In this document: positions 49,848 through 60,300 of the stretch, in pieces
Layout of the letters: every line of letters starts with the position of its first letter
How positions within the stretch are numbered: position 1 is the stretch's first letter
NCBI GenBank assembly: GCA_963827235.1
Contig: CAWHAE010000018.1
Coordinates: 1-64,000, forward strand
DNA: 64,000 bases
From: an uncultured bacterium
GTDB lineage: Bacteria; Chloroflexota; UBA5177; JANWHV01
Direction of reading: 5' to 3'
Notes under the pieces: generated by a model
Databases searched by the model: none
What the model saw: the letters and a program-made list of their open reading frames with translations, nothing else
What the model was told of the DNA's origin: nothing
Program-made: the position numbers and the translations under genes

Positions 49848-51221
49848 CTAGCTGCTTGCGGCCTTGGTTTGCTTGATTTTCTTGTTGAAGGCAGCTTCGA
49901 GCTGCGCAGCGGCCTTAGCAACCGTAGTCTGGCCCTTGTAGGCCGGGGTCATGTACTGATCGAACAGGGTACCGGCTTCGGCAATCGTAATATAGGGCGA
50001 GTACTGCCCGGGGGTGAAGTACTTCAGCTCGTTCTTCACGCAGGCTATGGCCTCTTTCTGCCAGGGGAGAGTAGCGGGCAGGTCCGCCTCGAGCTGCTTG
50101 AAAGCCGGCAAGCCCCAACCGCTCTTTGCCCGATCGATCGCCGGCTGGTTCTTGGGCCCGAGGAAGTACTCAAGCACGCGCCAGGCGCCATCCTTGTTGG
50201 CGGCATTCTTCATGATCACGGCGCCGACGCCGCCGGAGCATCCGCTCGTCCGCTTGGCGCCGAACTGCGGGGCCGGAAGCAGGCCGCAGTTGCTGTTGTT
50301 CAGGGCCTTGGTGCCGACCACGGCGCCGCCCCACCAGTAGCCGGACTGGACGATAGCGACGCGGTTGGCCTGGAAGAGCCCGAATTGACCGAGAGGCTCC
50401 GGGTCGAGAGCAGACACGGCCACATGGGCCTGGGCAACGTCCGTGTACCACTGCAGCACTTTGAGCGCCTCGGGGCTGGTGAAGCTGGCCGTCAGGCCGT
50501 CCGGGCTGAACATCGAGGAGCCCTGCGAGGCCATCTGGTTGGCCATCTGCACGTAGATCCACTGCACGTCGAATCCGACGCACAGGCCGTAGACCACGGT
50601 TTTGCCGCCCTTGCGCACGGTCAGCTTCTTGCCCAGGGCCAGTAGCTCGTCGTAGCCCAGAGGCGTGGTGCTGCTGGGAATCGGCACGCCAGCCTGCTTG
50701 AACAGGCTGCCGTTGTACCAGAGCTGCTGGTCGAGCGACCAGTCCTTGTCGGCGCCATAGCGCGGCCCGGTGCTCTGCGACTTGCCGTCCCACTGAAACA
50801 GCTTGTTGACCGGCTCCATGTCGGATACCGGGAGCACAGTGCTCTTGGCAAAATACGAATCAAGCGGCTCCAGATCGCCGAGCAGCGCATAGAACGGGAC
50901 GTCGGTCGCGCCCGCGGCGCGGATGACGTCGGGCGGCGTGCCGTTGGCGAGCATGGCGCTGAGGCGCGTCTGCGAGAACTCGATGAAATTGAGCTTGAGG
51001 TCCGGATTGAGCTGCTGGAATTGCTTCTGATACGCCGCTGTGAACTCACCGCTCTGGTACATCACGGTGACCGTGCTGCCTGCATCGTCCCGCGCTGCTT
51101 TCGCCGCCTCGAGATCCAGCTTGGAGAAGACGGAGCCCGCGCCGACAGCCGCGCCGGCTGCGAGGGCAGAGTTGGTCAAGAAACGTCCGCGCGACATTGG
51201 CCGCATTGCTGGCTTATCCAT
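49848..51221 (-). CDS. Carbohydrate ABC transporter substrate-binding protein
   Basis: Tat-like SRGRFL leader, GTPPDV, LWYNGSLFKQAGV, AWRVLEYF. Confidence 0.9.
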   Translation of the reverse strand: MDKPAMRPMSRGRFLTNSALAAGAAVGAGSVFSKLDLEAAKAARDDAGSTVTVMYQSGEFTAAYQKQFQQLNPDLKLNFIEFSQTRLSAMLANGTPPDVIRAAGATDVPFYALLGDLEPLDSYFAKSTVLPVSDMEPVNKLFQWDGKSQSTGPRYGADKDWSLDQQLWYNGSLFKQAGVPIPSSTTPLGYDELLALGKKLTVRKGGKTVVYGLCVGFDVQWIYVQMANQMASQGSSMFSPDGLTASFTSPEALKVLQWYTDVAQAHVAVSALDPEPLGQFGLFQANRVAIVQSGYWWGGAVVGTKALNNSNCGLLPAPQFGAKRTSGCSGGVGAVIMKNAANKDGAWRVLEYFLGPKNQPAIDRAKSGWGLPAFKQLEADLPATLPWQKEAIACVKNELKYFTPGQYSPYITIAEAGTLFDQYMTPAYKGQTTVAKAAAQLEAAFNKKIKQTKAASS

Positions 51222-51404
51222 GTGAATGTCGCATCCTTTCCCATCTGAACATGATTCACGCATCGCCGAGGAATACTCCGTCGATCAAGCCGCGCTGCTC
51301 GACGCGTATATGCGCCCTTCTGCTGCCTCTCCTCTCCTTCCGGCTGCTTGCCGCTTCTGACCGGCCGCCCCGAAGCTCCGTCGCCGCCGCCCGGCCCGCG
51401 CTAT

Positions 51405-51418
51405 CTTTAGCGTTAAAG
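51405..51418. promoter_or_regulatory. Putative LacI-family operator
   Basis: CTTTAGCGTTAAAG, CG-centred palindrome with one mismatch, just downstream of the minus-strand promoter. Confidence 0.7.
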
Positions 51419-51434
51419 TTCCGCATCGCCGACA

Positions 51435-51463
51435 ACATTAGCACGTTCGCCGAGCCCTGTCAA
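51435..51463 (-). promoter_or_regulatory. Sigma70-type promoter of the ABC/GH operon
   Basis: TTGACA-17 bp-TAATGT with an extended TGn on the minus strand. Confidence 0.75.
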
Positions 51464-51603
51464 TACCTATCGCCGGCCCGTCTCGGCCGCCGATGCGGTG
51501 ACCGCGAGACGCCACTGCCCGGCGTAGCTCCTTGTGGTCCCAACAGCCGGGGAGGGTCGCCGGAGCTACCGGTGGCGCACGCCCGCCGGCCAGGCACGAC
51601 CTG

Positions 51604-51633
51604 TTGACGCAACAGGCGTACTGAGGCTACGAT
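51604..51633 (+). promoter_or_regulatory. Putative promoter of the LacI gene
   Basis: TTGACG-18 bp-TACGAT. Confidence 0.5.
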
Positions 51634-51682
51634 TGTCCACAATCTGTTCCGGGCGGGAAATCGACGAGGGTATCGACGTGTC

Positions 51683-52807
51683 ATGGCTACGCTAAAAGAC
51701 GTTGCCGCTCGCGCAGGGGTGTCGACACAGACCGTCTCCAACGTCGTGCGCGGCAAGACGTCCGAAGTCGGCAGCACGACCATTCAGCGCGTCCAGGACG
51801 CGATCGCCGAGCTGAGGTATCAGCCGTCGATGGTAGCGCGCCAGCTCCGCAGCGGGCGCAGCCGGGTCATCGCGCTGATCGTGCCCGACTTGATCAACCC
51901 GTACTTCGCCAAGGTCGCCATGCACGTGATCGCAGCCGCCACCGAACACGGCTACACCGTGCTGATCGATTATACGGCCGGCAGAGCGGAAGCGGAGATG
52001 CGTGCACTGGAAGCACTGCGACCGCACATGATTTCCGGCGCCATCTTCAGTCCTCTGGCGCTCGGCGTGGATGAGCTCGTGGCGCACGCCGGCAAGACGC
52101 CTGTCGTGCTGCTCGGCGAGCACCTGTTCGGGTCGCCGTACGATCACGTGGACGTCGACAACGTCGAAGCAGCCCGTGTGGCGACCTGCCACCTTCTCGA
52201 CCTCGGCCGGCGCCGGATCGCCGCCATCGGCGCGCTCGGTAGCGCCGGCGAGAATACCTCCCGGTTGCGCCTGCAGGGCTATGCTCTGGCACTCGCCTCG
52301 GCGGGTATTGCTCTCGACAAATCGCTGACCGAGGCCGTGCCCAGCAATTCCATGCACCGCCTGGACGGGGCGCAGGCCGTTCGACGGCTACTGGCCAAAG
52401 ATCACCCACCAGACGGCATCTTTTGTTTCACCGACCTGCTCGCGCTCGGGGCCATGCCGGTCCTCCATGAGGCGGGTTGCCGCATACCCGAAGATGTCGC
52501 CGTGGTCGGCTTTGACGACATCGAGGAGTCCCAGCTGGCGTATCCTCCGCTGACAACCGTGGCCGTGAGCACGGAGGACACCTGCAGACAGGCCGTCAGC
52601 CTGCTGGTCGGCCGCATCGACGGAACCTGGACCGGACCGCCGGCGCGCGTGCAGCCACCGTTCGAGCTCGTCGTGCGCGCGAGCACAGTCAGGAAAGCGC
52701 CCTCGGCGGCAGAATTCGCCATCGGCTCCGGCACGGTCGGCGCGATCGGGCAGGCCGGGATTCCCCGCCAACGCACCGTCGCCGCATCGCCGGCCGACCT
52801 GAGCTAA
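51683..52807 (+). CDS. LacI-family transcriptional regulator
   Basis: TLKDVAARAGVSTQTVSNV HTH, IPEDVAVVGFDD, PPLTTV. Confidence 0.95.
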   Translation: MATLKDVAARAGVSTQTVSNVVRGKTSEVGSTTIQRVQDAIAELRYQPSMVARQLRSGRSRVIALIVPDLINPYFAKVAMHVIAAATEHGYTVLIDYTAGRAEAEMRALEALRPHMISGAIFSPLALGVDELVAHAGKTPVVLLGEHLFGSPYDHVDVDNVEAARVATCHLLDLGRRRIAAIGALGSAGENTSRLRLQGYALALASAGIALDKSLTEAVPSNSMHRLDGAQAVRRLLAKDHPPDGIFCFTDLLALGAMPVLHEAGCRIPEDVAVVGFDDIEESQLAYPPLTTVAVSTEDTCRQAVSLLVGRIDGTWTGPPARVQPPFELVVRASTVRKAPSAAEFAIGSGTVGAIGQAGIPRQRTVAASPADLS

Positions 52808-53200
52808 AAGCAGGCCAGGCCGGGAATCATATTGGCAGCGCGCCTATGAGGCCCCACGATGAATCGTCGGCTACCGCTTGCGGGTGTCCTCTGGGGACCG
52901 GAGTGCGGGTGCCGCCAAGCGCGGAGTTCGCTCTGCCTCTGCGGGTTTCACCATGGTCCGAGAGTAGTGGGATCCGCGCGTGTTCGGCAGTGCTTCAGCA
53001 GGCACCGCGGCCCGCGGGACGTACGCACGGCTACATCCTGCGCTCATGCGCACTTGCTCTGCCGCGCTCGCGGGCTCGCGGCTCGCCGCCTCCGCTGCCG
53101 GGGTCGAGCTTCTGGTACACTGCCAGCAAGACCGGGTGGTGACAGCACGCGAGGTCGAGTTGGTGATGCACGCGACACCTCCCCGCGAGGAGCACCGCCG

Positions 53201-55103
53201 GTGTTTCGTTCTCTTTGCCTGCGCCTGAGCCTGGCTCTCGCGCTGCTGGCCGCGGCTCTCTCGCCCGCGGTGCGGGCCCCGGCCGCCTACGGCACCGCGG
53301 CGCTCCCGAGTCCGCAGGCGCTCGATAGCCTTTTGACCACTACGCTACGACCGCCGCGCGACCTCTACGCGTTGACCACGCGGCTGAAGCTGCACACGAC
53401 CACGCCGCTGGACCCCTACGTAAACCAGGTGCCGCCGCACTACACCGTGGGGAGCACTGCCCGCTTCTACGTCAGCAACGACCAGGAAACGGGCTACGTG
53501 ACGGCTACCGCTACGCTCGTGCTCACCACCGCCCACGCCTACTTCTACGTGCAGAACGGCTTCAAGTACGAGCCGGCGGCGATCGCGCGCTCAGCAGAGA
53601 TCTTCGAGCACAGTATCTATCCCACCGATCGCTCCCTGTTCGGGCAGGAGTGGACGCCCGGCGTGGACGACGACCCGCACATCAGCATCTTCAACGGGCA
53701 CCTGCCACCCTCGGCGGCAGGCTACTTTTCGGGCGAAGACTTATTCCCGCGCGCCGTCAACCCGTACAGCAACCAGCGCAAGATGATCTTCATGAGCCTG
53801 GCCGCGCTCACGCCCGGCAGCAGCGGATACGACGAGGTGCTGGCGCACGAATTCCAGCACATGATCCACTTCCATCTCCATCCGGCCGACGAGGCCTGGA
53901 TCAACGAGGGCGACTCCATCCTTGCGCAGGAGCTGAACGGCTACAGCGACAGCGGTTACGCTCTGACGAAGGCCGGCGACCCAGGTGCCCAGCTCGATGC
54001 CTGGAGTGCCGGCAACTCCGCCCCCTACTACGGTGGCGGCTACATGTGGATGCTCTACTGTATGAACACTACGGCGGCACCCGGTTCCTCAGAGCGGAGC
54101 TGGCCGACAGCAGTCACAGCAACATGGCGGTGTTCGACGACGTGCTGGCGGAGCTGGGCTACACACAGCGGGCGGACGACGTATTCGCCGACTGGGTAGT
54201 GGCCAACTTCGTGAACGACCGTACCATCTTCGGCGGGCGGTTCGGTTATGCCCACACCGCCGCTCGGGCCCAGCCGGACATCAGCCTGACGGCACCCTTC
54301 AGCGACACGGCGGCTTTGCCGCAGTACGCGACACGCTACGTCGCGGTCAACGGGAACGGCAGCGCGCTCGATCTGCGCTTCACGGGCCAACCGCTGGTAC
54401 CCCTGTTGCCCACCGTCGCCCCGGCCGACGGGTTCTGGTGGAGCAACCGCGGTGACGGCGTGGATACCACGTTGACCACACCGCTCCTGGATCTGCGCAC
54501 GGTCCACCATGCCACGCTGCACTACCAGTTGTGGTACGACCTGGAAAAGGACTACGACTACGGTTACGTCGAGGTCTCGGCCGACGGCGGCAAGACCTGG
54601 TACACACAGCGTACCAGCCACACTACCGAGAGCAATCCCAACGGCGCCAATTTGGGCGACGGCTACACCGGCTCGAGCTGCTCAGCCGCCTCACAGCCGC
54701 ATCACTGCTGGCTCGACGAGCAGGTCGATCTTGTCCGCATATCGCCGGCAAGACCATCCTCGTTCGCTTCGAACAGGTCACCGACGACGAGCTGAACCTC
54801 CCTGGGCTCGCGGTAGCGAGCATCTCGGTGCCGGAGATCGGGTTCATGGCCGACCAGGCAACCGGCGGTTGGCAAGCAGCAGGCTGGGTGCACACGGGAA
54901 ACAGCGAGCAGGAGCACTGGATCGTGCAGGCGATTCTCTACAAGGCTAACGCCGTCTCGAGCGTGATTCGCCTGCCCGTGGACGCCAGTGGCCGCGGCGC
55001 GCTGGCCATTCCGGCCGGCGCCGAGCGCGTGGTGGTGGCGATATCGCCGACCGCCCCGTTGACCACGGTGAACGGCGGCTTCACCCTGACCAGCACGGGC
55101 TGA
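53201..55103 (+). CDS. Secreted zinc metallopeptidase (immune inhibitor A/M6- or M30-like) with frameshifts at about 54060 and 54735
   Basis: GTG 53201 with GAGGAG RBS, signal peptide, LAHEFQHMIH...WINEG, then WYDLEKDYDYGYVEVSADGG InhA-type domain in the next frame. Confidence 0.8.
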
Positions 55104-55226
55104 GACATCCGGAGATTGTACCGAATCGTCGTCCTCCCCCCGCCACCGTGCCTTCCTCGCGGCGAGAACGTGATTCGCGCGGCCGTGTTGCCGGGCCGCC
55201 AACCGGTAGGGTGGAGTGCCCGCACC

Positions 55227-56735
55227 TCAAGGCAGCAGATCGTAGCCCACCAGGTGGAGGAAAGGTCCCCCTTCCTTTCCGTCGACCGTCCCGGGCTCGA
55301 AGGTGAGCGTATGCGTGCCGCTTGCGGGCCAACGCCAGGCAAAGAGCACCGCGTTGCGCAGGGACCGGCCCGAGCTGGACTTGTTCTGCCAGATACCCGT
55401 CTGGTCGTAGGTTTCCTGGCCGTCAATCAGCACCCGGGCGTGTCCTGCCTCGCAGCAATGCTCACCTATGGTGCCGATCAGGGCAATCCCGCTGCCGGTG
55501 AAGGTAAGCGACGCCGGAAGAGAGGAGACATCGTGGGCGACGTACGCGACGCCGGACCAGGCGCTCACCGCCGGCCGGCCCTCCGGATCGAGAGCCGCGG
55601 CCGCCATGACAAGCGCGTAACCTCCGCTCGTCTGCCAAGCCGTCAGCGTGCCACCCGGCGGCGGCCCGTCGAAGAAGCGTCCGTACCCGTCCGCCGTGCG
55701 AGCCGACACCGCCGCCGTCGCGTTGCGGAGCAGCCAGTCGCGCGCGAATGCCTGTCGCTGCTGCGTGGCCAGATCGTACATCGCCTCGACGAGCGGCTCC
55801 ACGATGTCGTTCTCGGCCTGAAGGTCGGCGTAGATCCCTCGCCCGTCCACAAGACGGGCAGCGGCGCGAGCCGTGAGCAGCGCTTGATCGACGTAGGACT
55901 GGTCGCGCGTTGCCGCTCCGAGCAGCAGCCCGTTTTCGATCATGTTGCCGTTCACCGAGGCGAAGAAGCGGTGCGGAAGCTGCGCGCAATGCCTGCCGTC
56001 GTCGAAGACGTAGACCGTGTAGAGTGGGACCAGTGGATCTAGAAAACGGTTCCGGATAGCAGCGTACTCCGCCGAGGCGTCGGCCAGGTAGTCCTGCCTG
56101 CCGGTCACGTCGTACAGCAACATGGCGGCTTTCACGTAGTTGGAGTCGGTCTCGAGAGTCTTGAGGTGATTACTGCCGCCGAACGGTTGCTGGTAGTGGA
56201 TGTCAGGACAGCCGCCGCGGGCATAGACGGCAGGTGCGCCCTGCACGGCGGCGAAGGCGGCGACGGCTCGCCGAAGCGCCGCGGTCTCTCCAGTCGCCGC
56301 GAATTCCCGTGACGCCGCCACGCTGTCCCACATCGGCACGTCGCTCCACTGCGAGCACCGCGGTCCGGTGCACGGCGCGTATGCGGGGACGGCCGGGATG
56401 AGCCTATTCAGAAACGCGGGGAGACCGGGGTCCCGGTCCGTCCGCCAGCGGAAGTACAAATCGTAGGTCAGAGCGTCGGCACCCCAGTCGTGGAGGGCAG
56501 TCGGGCAACCCGGCACGAGGCACATGTGCCACCCGGGCGCCGCGAGCCACCGCGACTGGAGCGCGGCGGTGGCGTCCAGCGCGTAGTCCGCGAAGGTCCG
56601 GCCGGCCGGCGCCGGATCGCCGTTCCCCTGCCGAGCGGTCGCCGGTGCCATGCCCAGGCTGACCACTGCCAGGCCGAGGGCAAGCAGGAAGAAGAATAGT
56701 GAGCGCGTCTGCACGATTCCTCGCAAGGCAAGCAT
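55227..56735 (-). CDS. Secreted (alpha/alpha)6 glycoside hydrolase-like protein (GH76-like) with a C-terminal beta-sandwich
   Basis: Signal peptide, WSDVPMW, AAMLLYDVTGRQDYLADA, LTFTGSGIALIG...VLIDG...HTLT. Confidence 0.55.
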   Translation of the reverse strand: MLALRGIVQTRSLFFFLLALGLAVVSLGMAPATARQGNGDPAPAGRTFADYALDATAALQSRWLAAPGWHMCLVPGCPTALHDWGADALTYDLYFRWRTDRDPGLPAFLNRLIPAVPAYAPCTGPRCSQWSDVPMWDSVAASREFAATGETAALRRAVAAFAAVQGAPAVYARGGCPDIHYQQPFGGSNHLKTLETDSNYVKAAMLLYDVTGRQDYLADASAEYAAIRNRFLDPLVPLYTVYVFDDGRHCAQLPHRFFASVNGNMIENGLLLGAATRDQSYVDQALLTARAAARLVDGRGIYADLQAENDIVEPLVEAMYDLATQQRQAFARDWLLRNATAAVSARTADGYGRFFDGPPPGGTLTAWQTSGGYALVMAAAALDPEGRPAVSAWSGVAYVAHDVSSLPASLTFTGSGIALIGTIGEHCCEAGHARVLIDGQETYDQTGIWQNKSSSGRSLRNAVLFAWRWPASGTHTLTFEPGTVDGKEGGPFLHLVGYDLLP

Positions 56736-56920
56736 GCCGCGACGGCTTCTTGCCGGTCCTCGAGGCGACGCCGGAGAGGCGGCAAGCAGCGGATCGGCAC
56801 CTGGTCCATGCGCGAGCGACCCGGTCGGGCGCCGACGCGCCGGCCTGCTCTCGCCCGCGCCCCGTTTCTACCAGCGTACAGTGCGAGCGGCTAGCGGGTT
56901 CCGCGATGGCTTCGCCGCAT

Positions 56921-58090
56921 TCATGCCGGATAGACACCTCCATCCTTGGCGGCGCGATACATGGCATCGAGATTGGCCCGCGGCGTCAACGGAGGCAGGT
57001 TGTTGGCCTCCTTCAGGATGAACTTCCCGCCGCGCATGATGCCGCTCTTCAGAATATCCATAGCCATCGCGTAGACCTGCGCAGGCGTGCCGGCAAGCAG
57101 GTTGGTGGCCGGCACGCCGCCGAGGATCTCGACGTCCTCTCCCACTTCGTCGCGCAGGGTGGAGAAGTTGATGGGAAAGCCCGTGTCGAACGACTTGACG
57201 TTCAGCTCTGTGATCATGGCCGGGAAATGGCGCTGCACGTTGCCGCACAGGTGGATGCTGTGCGGGCCTTTCCCGGCCAGCGATTCGAGAAGGCGCCGGT
57301 GATACGGCAGGACCTTCTCGCGATATGTGCGGGCAGAGACCAACTGAGTGGCATCGTCGGCGAACACGAGTGACTCGGGCTTCAGCTCCAGGCCCAGGTA
57401 AGCACGCCAGGCTCTCACGCGCTCGATGGTGGCGGTCGTGATGAAATCCATGACCCGGTGATAGTAGTCTTCCCGCACGAGCATATCCTCGAGCAGATCG
57501 GCACCGCAGATGCCCACGCCCGCGGTCAGCACCCCCTGCGGCGTGATCGGATTGGGCGGAAAGACGGTGACCGGCCGCCCGTGGAACTCGTAGTTGCGGC
57601 ACTTCTCGACGAAGCGCTCGTAGAACTCTCTGACCGTGCCCATCATCCCGCTGAACGGCTCAGGGATGCCCCGGTCGAATAGCGCCTCCTTCCTGGCCCC
57701 ACGGTAGACCGGTGTGTTCAGCGGCACCTGGTTCTCTGGAAAGTGGACGGGACAGCCGTACCAGGATTCCTCTACCACATTGTTGAAGAACGGCTGCACG
57801 AGCCATTCTTTCTCGGGGATACCCATCTCGGCGTCATGGGGCAGCGCGTGCGCGATGTAGTAGACATACTGGAGGTAGGTGTCAAACATCAGGTCCGCAT
57901 CCTCGTAGAACGCCTTCCACGTTACGCCCTTGGTGTTGAGACTCGGATCCTGGATCCAGATGCGCGGCTCCGTGGCTATGCGGACGGGAACGCGAATTGG
58001 ATGCCCGGCATAATAGCTGTCCCATACCCGCTTGACTTCCTCATTCTGGCGCGCATAGTCGATTTCCGGTGCCCGCACGAGCGACTCCAT
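56921..58090 (-). CDS. Uroporphyrinogen decarboxylase-like superfamily protein (URO-D/MtaA-CmuA-like)
   Basis: FADD...VS...YREKVLPYH, IHLCGN, ILGGV, GGKFIL; AAAGGA RBS before ATG 58090. Confidence 0.8.
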   Translation of the reverse strand: MESLVRAPEIDYARQNEEVKRVWDSYYAGHPIRVPVRIATEPRIWIQDPSLNTKGVTWKAFYEDADLMFDTYLQYVYYIAHALPHDAEMGIPEKEWLVQPFFNNVVEESWYGCPVHFPENQVPLNTPVYRGARKEALFDRGIPEPFSGMMGTVREFYERFVEKCRNYEFHGRPVTVFPPNPITPQGVLTAGVGICGADLLEDMLVREDYYHRVMDFITTATIERVRAWRAYLGLELKPESLVFADDATQLVSARTYREKVLPYHRRLLESLAGKGPHSIHLCGNVQRHFPAMITELNVKSFDTGFPINFSTLRDEVGEDVEILGGVPATNLLAGTPAQVYAMAMDILKSGIMRGGKFILKEANNLPPLTPRANLDAMYRAAKDGGVYPA

Positions 58091-58344
58091 CGACGTTCCT
58101 TTCGTTGACAGTGGTGGAGCGGCTGCCTGAGAGTTGCCGTGGCAAGCCGACTCCCAGTGGTAGACGCCGGATACCATCGTAACCGCCCCCGCACGCCTGG
58201 ACCTAACCGGTCCACTCTGCTCCAGCAAGTGCGCCCCACCGCGGCTCGATCTCGCCCACCAAGCTGAAACAGCCCGGGAACCACTACTGCCGCCATGCCA
58301 CCTTTTCACTCACACCTAGGCCGTGAAAGCGATCGCACCGTCGC

Positions 58345-58373
58345 TTGACAGCGTCCGGATGCCCTGCTACGAT
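58345..58373 (+). promoter_or_regulatory. Sigma70-type promoter of the IclR-fusion operon
   Basis: TTGACA-17 bp-TACGAT with an extended TGn. Confidence 0.7.
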
Positions 58374-58402
58374 AGCCCCGGTTTCCTGCATTCTGAAGCG
58401 CC

Positions 58403-58418
58403 TTTCGATTATTCGAAA
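58403..58418. promoter_or_regulatory. Putative IclR-type operator
   Basis: TTTCGA-TTAT-TCGAAA AT-rich palindrome between promoter and start codon. Confidence 0.6.
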
Positions 58419-58428
58419 CGCTACCACA

Positions 58429-60174
58429 GTGGACGATGGTACGACGGCTGGCGGCGCGCGCGGCGCGGCGCGGATCCTGGAAATGATCGAGCTGTTCTCG
58501 CGGCGAGACGATGGGCTGAGCCTGAGCGAAATCGCCGCCGCGCTGCACGTGCCGGTCAGCAGTGCGCACGCCCTTCTTCGCCTGCTGCAGACGCGGGGCT
58601 ACCTCGACCGCAGCCAGGATGGCCGCCGGTACCGCCCCGGCAAAAAGCTGTTCGAAGTGAGCCGGCGCTACGTCGAGCAGGCCGACCCCTACGCCGCGGC
58701 CCGCCGGCTCATGCGCAAGGTCGCCGAGCAATGCGGCCAGACGGTACACCTTTCGACGCTGGCTGGATGTGACAGCGTCTACGTGGACGGCATTGCCTCG
58801 CGATCGGCCCTCGGCCTTGCCTCCCGGGCCGGCATGCGCATGCCGGCCCATACCACGGCCGACGGCAGGGCGCTGCTGGCAGACCTACCGGATGACGTAC
58901 TCGCCTCGCTCTACGCGGATGCGGAGTGGCCGCACCTGAGCGACCGGACGCCGATCTCGCTCCAGGCCCTCCAGCGCGAATGCGAGGAGGTGCGATGGAC
59001 CGGCGTCGCGCACGACGTCGGGGGAGCCGAGCGTGGCGTCCACGCCGTGGCTGCCGCCTTGCCAGTGGACTACGGTTCTCCGCCGCTGGCACTCAGCATC
59101 GCCGCGCCCACCTCGCACCTAGACAGCGACGGACTGCGGCGCATGCTTGGAGTGCTGCGGGAGGCGGTCCCACCGAGTGCGACGTCGCCGGCCGCGCCCT
59201 GCCCGTGCATCGGGTGGAGCCTGGCCACCATGCACGTCGACACCTACGTCGAGTTCCGCCGCGTTGCCGACGCGGTCATGGCACGGCACCACGGGACAAT
59301 CCTTTGGACCGACGCCCATGACGACGCGGACAAACAGGCGATCGATGTCGATCGCCTGCTCGACCAGCAGCCCTGCGCCGTGCTCATCCATCCCGTCAAT
59401 GCCGCCACCTCCGACGCGCTGTTCAGCGCGGCGCGGCGGCGCGGCGTGCTCGCGGTATGTTTCCAGCGTCCAACACGCAGCAGGGCGTTCGACTTCTTCG
59501 TCGGCGGCGACACCTACCGGGAAGGTTGCATGCAGGCGCATGCCCTGGCACGCGCTCTCGACGGACATGGTAGTGTGCTGATCATCCAGGGAGATGCGTA
59601 CAACGACAACGCGCGCAATATCGCCCAGGGCAACCACGACGCGCTGGCCGAATACCCCAACATAACCGTGCTCGAAAGCCAGCCGAGCTCGCTCTGGTCG
59701 CGCGAGTCGGCGCAGGACATCACGCGCGAAGTGCTGGCGAGCGATGCAGCCGGCAGCCTGCGAGGCATCGTGGCCGCCAACGACGACATGGCGGTAGGAG
59801 TGGCCGAGGTGCTGGCGGAGGCAGGGTTGACTGCCCGGGTGAAGCTCGTAGGCGGGGACGGGGACGCGGCCACGGTGGAGCTCATCCGCCGCGGCGCCAT
59901 GCTCGGCACTGCCTTCCAGGACCCCGCGCTGCTGGCTACCACTGCTCTGGAGGACGTGCTCCGGGTCTGCGCCGGCTCGCTCAGCGTGGCGGAGATGCCA
60001 CGCACCAACATCATCTACGCTCCTGCGGCGCCGCTCGTGGCCGTGCAGGAGATCCCCTACACCTGGATAGACGCATCCAACCTCGCGATCCTCGAAAGCT
60101 ACTGGGCTGCGCGCGGCGAGACCTCTCCTGCGGGCGCGGCTCGCTTTGCCACACATACTTGGGAAAGGAGGTAG
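58429..60174 (+). CDS. IclR-family regulator fused to an RbsB/XylF-type sugar-binding domain
   Basis: LSLSEIAAALHVPVSSAHALL HTH, PAHTTADGRALLA effector domain, then DADKQAIDVDRL...HPVN...AANDDMAVG...VGGDG; single open frame. Confidence 0.85.
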   Translation: MDDGTTAGGARGAARILEMIELFSRRDDGLSLSEIAAALHVPVSSAHALLRLLQTRGYLDRSQDGRRYRPGKKLFEVSRRYVEQADPYAAARRLMRKVAEQCGQTVHLSTLAGCDSVYVDGIASRSALGLASRAGMRMPAHTTADGRALLADLPDDVLASLYADAEWPHLSDRTPISLQALQRECEEVRWTGVAHDVGGAERGVHAVAAALPVDYGSPPLALSIAAPTSHLDSDGLRRMLGVLREAVPPSATSPAAPCPCIGWSLATMHVDTYVEFRRVADAVMARHHGTILWTDAHDDADKQAIDVDRLLDQQPCAVLIHPVNAATSDALFSAARRRGVLAVCFQRPTRSRAFDFFVGGDTYREGCMQAHALARALDGHGSVLIIQGDAYNDNARNIAQGNHDALAEYPNITVLESQPSSLWSRESAQDITREVLASDAAGSLRGIVAANDDMAVGVAEVLAEAGLTARVKLVGGDGDAATVELIRRGAMLGTAFQDPALLATTALEDVLRVCAGSLSVAEMPRTNIIYAPAAPLVAVQEIPYTWIDASNLAILESYWAARGETSPAGAARFATHTWERR

Positions 60175-60300
60175 ACGAAGCGGCTCGCACTAGTCTCAGC
60201 ATTTGCTCCGGAGAAACGGTGTGACTTCCGGATGACAACTGCAATCGGGTCGGCACCTGGTAAAGAACTCACTGCAGCAGGATTGTAAGGAGAAAGCACG

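Noticed and set aside
52859-53200. N-terminal extension of the peptidase ORF
   Set aside because: A good RBS, GTG start and signal peptide begin at 53201
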